64,000 nt of DNA, from contig MU008195.1 in assembly GCA_010909165.1 (NCBI GenBank), forward strand, positions 186,001-250,000. Direction: 5' to 3'. Positions 53,906 to 64,000 of this stretch are shown here, one piece after another. Below the pieces are notes generated by a model. That model was not told the origin of the DNA. It saw only the letters and a list, made by a program, of their open reading frames with translations, and did no database searches. The position numbers were made by a program, and so were the translations under genes. Within the stretch, counting starts at the first letter, position 1, and every line of letters starts with the position of its first letter. Origin of the DNA: Anthoceros angustus (lineage: Eukaryota; Plantae; Anthocerotophyta).

Positions 53906-54993
53906 TATTGATAGGGCAACAAGACGTATACCAGACGCTGCATATACCTGACAATATGATAACAAGCTGCAGGGCATAATCCCGTATTTTTCCAAGAATC
54001 CGCCAAAAATGATGGCGGTTTGACTAGGTGCTGGAACCCAAATGGAGGTTGTTCACAAAAATTATCTTAGGCTTGGTGACCAACCAGCATGCGTTATATT
54101 TTAGCACTACCTTCCTGCATTTCTTGTGGAAAGTGACTCAAGGAGCCAAACCAGATTGGGGGCTGATCATGTATGAATGAGGCCTACACTTACCACTGGG
54201 AGAAATTGTTGAAGCCTAATGCATTGCATGAAGGGAGTCCGCGGCCATGCTACCTCAGCACGTACTTGGTACATCTATGGGAGGTAGAGGGGTTGGTAAC
54301 AAGCAAGGAGTTAGATGATTCTAAGCACCCCTTCAACATTGTAAGGCCGGAAGCGGACCATAGTTTGCTTAGTGCCGTACAGGTGAAGGAGGCACCAGCA
54401 GCGCCATCTGGAACGCTACTACTAGAAGGAATCCCTCCGAAGGATTTGCAGGAGGAGGTTGCATGAAGACCCGAGATTTGGCCCTGACCTCCAAGTCGCC
54501 TCTAAGTGGCATCTTGTCCCATCATGGGACATGCTGTCTTCAAGCTAAATCTAGGGACTCTTCATGAATCCCCTTTCTTATCTTGTTGCCTACCTAGAGC
54601 TTCCTCCTCCAATAAAATAGCCCGGGCTCTCTTAGCCACTCTTGGCCTCCATAGACTCTTGGGGGTCGGAATTTGGTAGAGGAGGAAGAAAATGGAGAGA
54701 TCCACAAGACACCTACCGTGGTAGGAGACACTCCTACTATGGTAGGAGGTACATCTACCGTGGTAGGAGGCGAACCTACCATGGTAGGAGGTGGGAGGAA
54801 TGACCCACCCACAAGCGGAAGAGGGGGAGGAAGGGTGTTTCCTCCCGATATTAGTAAGGAAGTGGCAGAAATGTTGGAGGATGAGCTAAGAAGGCTCACC
54901 CAACATGCAAAGATGGAGGAAGAGGTGGCGGAGCCAGAAATTGTCAATCCACCAGCTATGGAGTGACTTCATTGGCTGGGACTGTCCCAGCCA

Positions 54994-56945
54994 ATGGAAG
55001 GGACCATGGGTGTGAGAAATTTACAAATAAGGTCGGAGCCGACCAGCATCAGGGCTGCAAACGGGGAGGAAACATTGCCAAATAAGATCTCCAGTTTCGC
55101 TGATGCATTGCTTGACCGAGAATTTGTGGTCAGTTTGAGACAGCTACTTGCGGTGAGTCCAAGATCCCGCAAAATCGTGAAGGAAGCGATCAGGGGGATC
55201 CCTGAACCTGTGGAAACAAGACGGAGGCCGGTGGAGGTAAATGTGGTTGAACTTGTTGATCTGGGGGCACCAAAAATTGAGATTGAGATTGCAGGTTGCT
55301 TAGTGCCTAATGTGCCATTGGATTCGGGTTCTAGAGTCAACTTGATGACTGAGGAAACAGCACATCGCCTTGGTTTCACCAAATTCAATCCAATCCGAGT
55401 GTTCTTGAGGATGGCAGACCAAACCAGGAGGGAACCCCTGAGGGTGTTGAGAAATGTGCCAACTGTGATTGGTGGTCTCACATTCCATCTTACCTACATC
55501 GTTATGAGGCCAGTGTCGGATCTAGGATACAAGGTTTTGATAGGCAGGCCTTGGTTGTATGGTACTGCCTGTGTCTTTGATTTCGGTCGCACTGGCATTA
55601 CGTTTAAATCATGTAGGGTAGGGCCAGTGGACGTCGCTTTTGTGTCATGGAGCAAGGCATCCTATGAAGGGGAGTCCGCGCATCCATCCGATGGGTACAC
55701 TTCGGGTAGTATGGGGGTAAGCTCTTCAGGCAGTGACCGAGCTTACCGAGGACCCTCAGTTGAGGTGGCAGAATTAAATCTGAGTTAATGTACATCTGCC
55801 TACAAGTAGAAGATGTCATGGAGGAGGGGTCAGAGGATAAAGCACATAGAGAAGGGGTAGCCTTCTGGAAAGGTAGAGCCTATGATCGTGATTTTCCCGA
55901 TGAAGGATAAGGGAATAGTGTAGGTAGCGGGTTGCCCCCATCGTTATTGTACCCAAGAAGCAACAAGGGAAGGTACGGGTGTGTCAAGATTTTAGGAAGC
56001 TTAATGAAGCAACGAAGAAGGACCACCACCGCTTGCCTTTCATGGACAGTGTGTTGGACATGGTAGCCGGACATGAGATGTATAGTTTTCTGGATGGTTA
56101 CTCCGGTTACAATCAGATTTCGTTGAGGAAGGAGAATCAAGACAAGACCACGTTCACAACAAATTGGGGCACTTATGCTTACTCGAAACTGCCTTTCGGA
56201 TTGTGCAATGCTCTTGCTACCTTCCAGCATGTAGTGAATGTTATGGGTTTGCAGGTAGACAAAGAGAAGGTGTCAGTTATAGCTGAGATGGACGCACCAC
56301 AGACGGTGAAACAAGTACGTGCTTTTGTAGGACTGGTAGGATATTACAGGAGGTTCATCAAGGATTTTGCCAAAGAAGGCAGCCTTGCTGACACAATTAA
56401 CCAAGAAGGACACACCTTTCGAATGGACGGCTGCAAGACATGAGGCTTTTAGCAGCTGAAGGACAGCTTGGTGAGCGCACCAACGTTACAACCGCCAGAT
56501 TGGGAGAAACCGTTTCATGTATACGTGGATGTGTCTGCTTATGCCATTGGGACCATCTTAAGCCAGGAGGATGAGAAGAAACGAGATTACCTGATTTTCT
56601 ATGCCGGTCGACACCTCACAGATGCTGAGAAGAACTACTCAACCACAGAACGGGAAGGTCTTGGTATCATCTACTCCTGCAAGAAGTTTAGACGCTACCT
56701 ACTTGCTTGCAAGGTGACCATTTCATGTTGACCATTTTGCGTTGAAGTACCTTGTGAACAAGCTGGATTTGTCAGGAAGGATTGCTCGATAAGTTTTACT
56801 GCTACAAGAGTTTGATTGTGACGTGGAAACTAGGCCAGAGAAGCAGCATCAGAATCCTGATTTCATTTCTCGTCTGAAAACTGGAGAATGGCTTGAGGCC
56901 ACAGACGACTGATTTCCTGACGAGGAGTTAGTTGCCATAGCCCAG
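54994..56945 (+). mobile_element. Ty3/gypsy pol remnant: aspartic protease, partial RT and RNase H, with internal deletions
   Basis: VPLDSGSRVNLM...VLIGRPWL (protease). CQDFRKLNEAT...SFLDGYSGYNQI...LPFGLCNALATFQ (RT, catalytic YxDD absent). VRAFVGLVGYYRRFI, FHVYVDVSAYAIG and NYSTTEREGLG (RNase H). Integrase not found. Confidence 0.92.
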
Positions 56946-57699
56946 GTCGAAGGGGAAAGACATGAGTATGTTGTAGGCGGCCTGAGGATTGAGCAGCAAG
57001 CCTTGCTGCCAACAGAGAGGCCAAATGAGCAAGAAGGGAGTGTTGTGCAGGGAAAGTTGCAGCAAGATGCTTTGGAAATCCAAGGGAGAATATAAGAGCG
57101 CCAGCACAGGCGTAAGGAGGAGGCTGGAATGCTCCTTAAGGGTGAGCAGTCAGGAGGGCTGCAAGTGGAGGCCACAACGTTGGCAAAGGAAGAAGCAAAA
57201 ACGGACATGGAAGCTCCGTTTTTAAGCAACATGAAGAACTTGGTGTGTGCAAGAGCCAGGCACGATGAGGCCGCGAAGCGGGGACGACTCTAGGGAAGTT
57301 GGTACACAAGAGGGAGAGGAAGGAAATGCACCCCATTTCAAGCTTGGAGAAAGGCTGCAGGAGAGGAAGATGGCGGATCTATGGGCGATCGCCCATGATA
57401 CGGCCATGGAGGCGCAGCAAGGCAAGGGGGTCGCCATGGAAGCGCGATCCGGTCCAGGTCACAAGGCTAGGCAAGCAGGAAGGGAAGAATTGAGAACGTT
57501 GCCGGAAAAGGAGCATACCAACGAGCTGCAAGCGCGAAAACTTGCAGCGTTGGCAAGGCAAGAAGAAAACGGTTTTATGAACAGGGTTGAGCATGCCATT
57601 GTAGCAACAACGTCTAAGTCTGTTGGTAAGCGAGCTAGTAGGAGGCGACATGGTATGCTTGGAAGGAGGAGGATAGAACGTGAAGGACGTTCAGGTGTA

Positions 57700-57761
57700 C
57701 GTAAAGGTGTTATAATGCCTGTTGTAATTTCCGTTGCAAAAGGCCTGTTTTCCTAGTAGTG
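57700..57761 (-). mobile_element. Isolated CACTA terminal inverted repeat
   Basis: The reverse complement reads CACTACTAGGAAAACAGGCCTTTTGCAACGG. The sequence switches to the retro-repeat family directly after 57761. Confidence 0.75.
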
Positions 57762-58163
57762 AAGGTGTAAGGGCTAAGTGGTTGAGGACAAGAGCAAGGT
57801 CCTAGGCAAGGTGAGCAGGTGCGAGTTGTTGAGAAGGAAAAACGCCTACCGTGGTAGGAAGCTGGCAAGTGGTGCAGGAATTGCAAGCGAAGCATCCCTT
57901 TTCCTCAATTTCATGCAGGAACTCACCAAGGAATCCATGACTAAGCCAACCACGACCAAAGGCAAGGAGGTGGCTGCCAAGGATGGGGCGTCTACCAAGG
58001 GAGATGGCACAAGGAAGGATAAAAAGTCTAAGGCAGGAGGTGCAGGCGGCCCTCGGAAAATAGAAGTTCGACATGCCACAATTCACGTGCTATGCAAGTC
58101 AACTGTCCTCCAGGGACCTTGCAGATTTTAGGCCCTGGGTAGCAAAGGAGAACATCTAGCTGG

Positions 58164-61100
58164 CCCTACACCATAGTAGGCGATGTTGTAACGCTTTTGT
58201 AGTAACGATATTCCCTGTTTTGTAACAATGCTTTGCGTTTGTAACGTTATTTTTGGCAATAAACCAGGAGCGGGTTTGTGAGTAGAATGTTACTCCACGC
58301 GTTACATTATCTGGCATTACTGAGCGATTTTGTAACGGATGTAACCTTTGGTTAGAGCTTAACTGGCCTCCTTTCCCGTGAGCTTTGTGTCCGCCACTTG
58401 GCTTCCTCTCCTGCCCGAGACGCCACGTCCCATCCCGCCGCATGCGCTTCCGTTTTTTCATCCCCCGTACTCGCATGTCCATATCTCTCCTTGCACGGGC
58501 ATATTTCCCGTGTATGTCAAGCGTGGTATCCACCTGCTTTTCCGCCATGGGTTTATATGTTCTGGAAGAGTGCCACATGTCGGGGTGGCTCGCTGTGACC
58601 GTACATGCCTCCGTGATCCCGTTATCATCTTGCTCGCGCCAGGCTCCACATGTCGGCATTCCGTTCTGACTGCCCGTACTTGCCACATCCATTTGTGGCA
58701 CGCGTTCGGGTTCTTTGGTATCCGGCCACGTGGGCTTCTCTGTGCCGACGATTGGCAGGCCATAATGATGCTTTCCTTCATTAATTTCGATCTATATTTA
58801 AAACACTTCATTACGCAATAAGGTAGTTTTCAATTGTTCGTCATTCGATTAGTAATATGTTATTACTAGATATACCCTTCCATTTCAGGGCCACACATGT
58901 TTGGTCCACTGCCACTCTGTCTGCCTGCATATATAATGTAACCGAGGCATTGTGTCGTTCCACGTGCAAGGGCCCGGCGAGGTGCGCCATGAGGTGTGCC
59001 AATGGATGTATGCAGTCTATGCGTCCTGGACCGGGCCTACCTTTCGCCCCCATCTACGCCCCTATTCAAATGTGTACACTCCATACCACGACATTGAAAT
59101 CGCAGACCTCAATAATCTCCAAGCGTGCAGGCTCTCGTCGTGTGCTTCCCTTTTCCTTTGTTCTTCGCGGCCCTTCGCGTGGCACCGCCTTTTCTCCGCC
59201 CATCGGCGGCCTTCCCGGATGCTTCCCCTCCTTTCCGCTTCCAGATTCCAAGAATTGACTTCCAGCCGCTGAGACCATTGCTCTTCTTCGATGATGCGAT
59301 GTTTCAAGTCTCGCAATTTCTCGCCGCAAGAATCAATTTCAAAGTCATTAAAACACATGTGTTGTAAGCGGCATATCTGGTCCCTCACCTCATCCTCTGC
59401 TTCCCACGTCCGCGATAGTGGCTTTAGCACCGACCTCTCCGCTGCGTCCATGCCCTATGTTTGCCTCCCGCCATCCTCTACTCCGGGCGCTCCCTCGGTA
59501 GCGATAGATGGTGGCTAGTCGTAGCCATCTCCATCCTCTCAAGCAAAGACGGACTTTCCAGGCCCCAGAATCCACTGTATTTGGCGGTTGGGGCGTCCGT
59601 CTCCACCCTCCTCTCCCACTTCCTCCATACCTCCTTCCTCTCCATTGTGCTCACAACATCATCCTCGTTAGATTCACACATGGCAGTGCAAAACGATTAC
59701 AGGATCCGCTATTCTCGATCTATATTTAAAACACTTCATTACGCAATAAGGTAGTTTTCAATTGTTCGTCATTCGATTAGTAATATGTTATTACTAGATA
59801 TACCCTTCCATTGTGGCCACACATGTTTGGTCCATCGCCACTCTCTCGCATATATAATGTAACCGAGGCATTGTGTCGCTCCACGCAAGGGCCCGGCGAG
59901 GTGCGCCATGAGGTGTGCCGATGGATGTATGCGCTATGCGTCTGGACGGGCCTACCTTTCGCCCCCATCTACGCCCCTATTCAAATGTGTACACTCCATA
60001 CCACGACATTGAAATCGCAGACCTCAATAATCTCCAAGCGTGCAGGCTCTCGTCGTGTGCTTCCCTTTCCCTTTGTTCTTCGCCGCGTCCTTTCGTGCAG
60101 GGCACCGCCTTTTCTCCGGCCCATCGGCAGCCTTCCCCGGATGCTTCCCCGCTCCTTTCCGCTTCCGCAGATTCCCGCAAATTGACTTCCAGCGCACCGG
60201 AGACCATTGCTCTTCTTCAGATGATGCAGATGTTTCCTGAAGTCTCCCGCAATTTCCCTGCACCGCAAGAATCAATTTCAAAGTCACTGTAAAAAACACA
60301 TGTGTTGTAAAGCGGCATATTTTGGTCGTCCCTCACCTCATCCTCTCTGGCTTTGCTTCCCACGTCCGCGATAGTGGCTTTAGCAAACCGACCTCTCCGC
60401 ACACGTCCATGCCCTATGTTTGCCTCCCCGCCATCCTCTACTCCGGGCGCTCCCTCGGTAGCGATAGATGGTGGCTAGTCGTAGCCATCTCCATCCTCTC
60501 AAGCAAAGACGGACTTTCCAGGCCCCAGAATCCACTGTATTTGGCGGTTGGGGCGTCCGTCTCCACCCTCCTCTCCCACTTCCTCCATACCTCCTTCCTC
60601 TCCATTGTGCTCACAACATCATCCTCGTTAGATTCACACATGGCAGTGCAAAACGATTACAGGATCCGCTATTCTCGATCTATGCAATCCATGTGCACGA
60701 GTTTCGCCCTGTTGTCCATCATTTTTCCACCGCCCAACCACCCGTCCATATGCGTAACACGCAAACCACCTTACCCAATTCCGAAAAGTACTTGCCCAAA
60801 GCTCGCATGTTTTCTACGCGTTAGAACCCCGGCACTCTTCCTGTTGGATGTCTTCCCAGCACTTCGAAACTTGGCACAGATCCTCTCGCCCTTATGCCGT
60901 ATGGGTTGGGTCCATTGGTTCCCGCTTCGGCGGTAGCTAGCAGCTTCTTTGGGCGTTAAGCACCTCGGCTTCCACTTGCGCATACCTTGCCTCTTCCTCT
61001 TGTACGCACTTCAGCCATACATCCTTTGCAATGTTGGGAGGCATGCGCGCTTGCTTCTCTGCCTTCCTCCGCGGCTGCCTTTTGTTGATCACAAGTGCTC

Positions 61101-64000
61101 TTGTAGCCTTCCTACACCGGCAGATCCGAGATCTTTGGCACTGACTGAATTGCTTGTTCACCTCCCACTTGGATAAGCTGTGCAACCCAGTTTCTGCATG
61201 ACTCTTCTTTCTTGTCCTCCACCAGCTCCCTCCCCCGCAATGTCCGTATGTCCGTTTGCACTAGTTGGTGCACCATGTTCAACACCCGCCACTCAAAGTG
61301 GGTGAGCCCTCCTCGGCGAGCGTCTAACTGAACTTCCGCGGAGGTGCGATCCAAGCACCCCCGCCAGTGCTCCTTCCGGAGAACGCCTCAAGTAAGCCGA
61401 ACCCCTCCTTACCCACGGATGTCAAAATTAAATGGGCTCTACCTACCTGCCTCGACAAAGGAGCCCTCGGCTCTGGAGGGCTCCAATGTCGACCCCTCTC
61501 CTTCCTCTCTTCTTCCCCACCGGCTACCTCCCGCTCCGCCCATGCTTCCCCGGTTGCTAAGATCTCGCCGAGCGGGCGACTTCATCGTGACACCCGATGC
61601 GAGTTGAGACTCGATGACTTCCTCGTCGGTGCGCTAGGCAAGCCGTCCATATGCCCTTCTTGTCTGCAAGCCGCCATCCGCTACGGGTGATCCTCGCCAC
61701 CGATGGTCACCAGTCTCCTCAGCTCCCAGGCGCCATTGCCATCGTCACAAGCAATTTGCGGCAATCTGCTGTCGTTCTCTCTCGACATCGCCGCAGAGTG
61801 CCGCTCCGATGGTGTGTCCGTGTTCCCCGTCGCCGCCCTCGTGCATCGCTGCGCATCACCGCAGTGGTTCCCCACCTCGCACCATTCCACGCGTTCCACC
61901 TCTTCCAAGCTTGACCAAGTGTGCGATGTTGTCGAAGTGCTCAGCTCCCGCACTTGCATATCCATGTTCACGCCTGGTGATCTCTACCACCGCAAGTGTT
62001 CAAAATTTGAATGCCATTAAGCATATATCCGTGCCCAAATGTCCATAGACATTGTGCACATGTCTGGTGATACCATGCACCTGATCTTCCAATGGCCTCC
62101 CCACGATTCAGCGACCCGGCTCTTGATCTTGTCCTTCCTACACCGGCAGATCCGAGATCTTTGACACTGGCTGAATTGCTTGTTCACCTCCCACTTGGAT
62201 AAGCCAGGTGCAACAGCCCAGATTTTCCGCCGCAGCTCTTCTTTCTTGTCCTCCACCAGCTCCCTCCAGCATCGCAATGTCCGTATGTCCGTTTGCACTA
62301 GTTGGTGCACCATGTTCAACACCCCGCGCCACTCAAAGTGGGTGAGCCCTCCTCGGCGAGAACGTCTAACCTGAACTTCCGCCGGAGGTGCAGATCCAAG
62401 CACCCCTGCCACAGGTGCTCCTTCCGGGAGAACGCTCTCAAGTAAGCGCTGAACCCCCTCCTTACCCACGGATGTCAAAATTCGGCGGAAATGGGCTTCT
62501 ACCTCTCCTTCTGACAAAGGAGCCCTTCGGCTCTGCCGGAGGGCTCCAACTGTTGGCCCCTCTCCCTCCTCTCCTTCTTCCCCACCGGCTACCTCCCGCT
62601 CCGCCCATGCTTCCCGCCGGTTGCTAAGATCTCGCCGAGCGGGCGACTTCATCGTGACACCCCCGCGTTGAGACTCGATGACTTCCTCGTCCGCGCTAGG
62701 CAAGTGCCCATATGCCCTTCTTCGCTGCAAGCCGCCATCCGCTACGGGTGATCCTCGCCACCGCCGATGGTCACCAGTACCGCCGCAGCCTCCAACCGCG
62801 CCATTGCCATCGTCACAAGCAATTTGCGCAATTTGCGCGCTGCACTTGTTTCTCTCGCTGCCGCCGCAGCGCGCCTGCCGATGGTGTGTCCGTGTTCCCC
62901 GTCGCCTCGCATCGCGCTCCGCCTGCGACCACACCACTGCAGTGGTTCCCCACCGTCGAGCCATTCCGCGTTCCACCTCTTCCAAGCTTGACCGGCGGTG
63001 TGGTCTTAAGTGCTCAGCTCCCGCACTTGCATATCCATGTTCACGCCTGGTGATCTCCACACCCTGCCTGCAAGTGTTCAAAATTTGAATGCCATTAAGC
63101 ATATATCCGTGCCCAAATGTCCATAGACATTGTGCCTGTTGTACGGTGGTACCATGCACCCTGATCTTCCAATGGCCTCCCCACGATTCACGAGCGCCCC
63201 CGCTCATGTGACGGCCGGCCCTTCCACGGCTGTCACGCCCTCTTGTACCCGGGCGTGAGCTCCTGTCGATCCTCTTGCAGCGCCCCATACAGCAGTGCAT
63301 GCGGCATCCGGTAGGTTCTATCGTGGCGGACCCTTCAATGTTCTCACCTCACCCGGTGGCGTGGGACGTAAGGTCGGTCAAACCAAGTGAGTTGAATGGT
63401 GGCGAAGGTACATAGTCTTGGACCGTCGCGACCGGTTCCTTTCCGATACCGCTTGTTTCCTGCCAAACATGGACTCGCAGGCCGATGTCCCCAGTTTCTC
63501 ATTGCATTGGAGCACGGCGCTTTCTGGTGACCCACCGCCAGCGGATGGCCAAGACCCAACCCCTGCCGGGCCGGTGGCAGTGCAGGCTGTGGATGCATCA
63601 GAGTCTTTCACGACGACCGAGTTGGTGTCGAACGCCTCCACCGAAGGAGGCGTCGCCAGTTCACGGTGGGAAATATGACCCCCGGGCCGGCCGTCGGCGG
63701 CCGATGGGGATGACGCTACAAGCCCGAACATGGAGAACTCGGTGAGCTTATGGCCGTCGATTGAAGTGCATCATTGTGTCTTTGTCTCCAGCGTGGGATC
63801 CGCGTCATTCCTCACCCGTTGCTCCCGACATGTTGGGGATGCATTGAGTGGGACGATAGTTGCTAGAAAGGTCCACACCTTGCGGTTACTTCTTTCCACC
63901 TCGAGGAGGTGCCTTGCCCTTCTCATGTAAATGTCGCGGCAAGTGAACGCATCATTCGAACCGAAACTTGGTGAATGCTTTTGTCTACTGCAGCAAGCGG
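58164..64000 (-). mobile_element. Probable DNA-transposon (CMC/EnSpm-like) end and accessory-ORF region with two ~1 kb tandem duplications
   Basis: Abrupt junction at 58164 followed by clustered (T)GTAAC(G)/GTTAC motifs (58185-58350). 58770-59760 duplicates 59710-60680, and 61113-62135 duplicates 62135-63190. Fragmented minus-strand ORFs (LSKWEVNKQFSQCQRSRICRCRK). Confidence 0.5.

Noticed and set aside
62017-63300. 427-aa minus-strand ORF
   Set aside because: It lies in the insertion-rich second copy of a duplication, switches between frames of the first copy, and has no recognisable domain.

Overview
Eukaryotic nuclear DNA from a land plant. Short GT-AG introns, compact intergenic spacing and GC-rich exons suggest a seed-free plant such as a lycophyte or hornwort; this is inference and the species cannot be identified. 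A ~33 kb island of nine protein-coding genes (12.4-45.4 kb) lies between two blocks of nested, degenerate transposons. The genes are an ARIADNE RBR E3 ligase, an F-box/kelch protein, an ankyrin-repeat CbbX/CfxQ-like AAA+ ATPase, VPS41, alpha-tubulin, RabA/Rab11, tocopherol cyclase VTE1, an EDR1/CTR1-type Raf kinase and an intronless EamA/WAT1-related plastid transporter. The left block holds a Ty1/copia element cut by an LTR, tandem LTR copies around an N join, and a CACTA element with an intact TIR. The right block holds Ty3/gypsy remnants, a large inverted duplication, CACTA/EnSpm ends and ~1 kb tandem duplications. Most notable observations: (1) an AT-rich alpha-tubulin that lacks the C-terminal Tyr and has an extra intron; (2) a 66-bp triplicated, in-frame splice donor in VPS41; (3) a higher-order minisatellite directly after the VPS41 stop; (4) an LTR-PBS-short spacer-PPT-LTR arrangement. 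I found no convincing novel multi-gene system. Many frameshifts in repeats and GC-rich exons look like long-read errors. Transposon boundaries are approximate.
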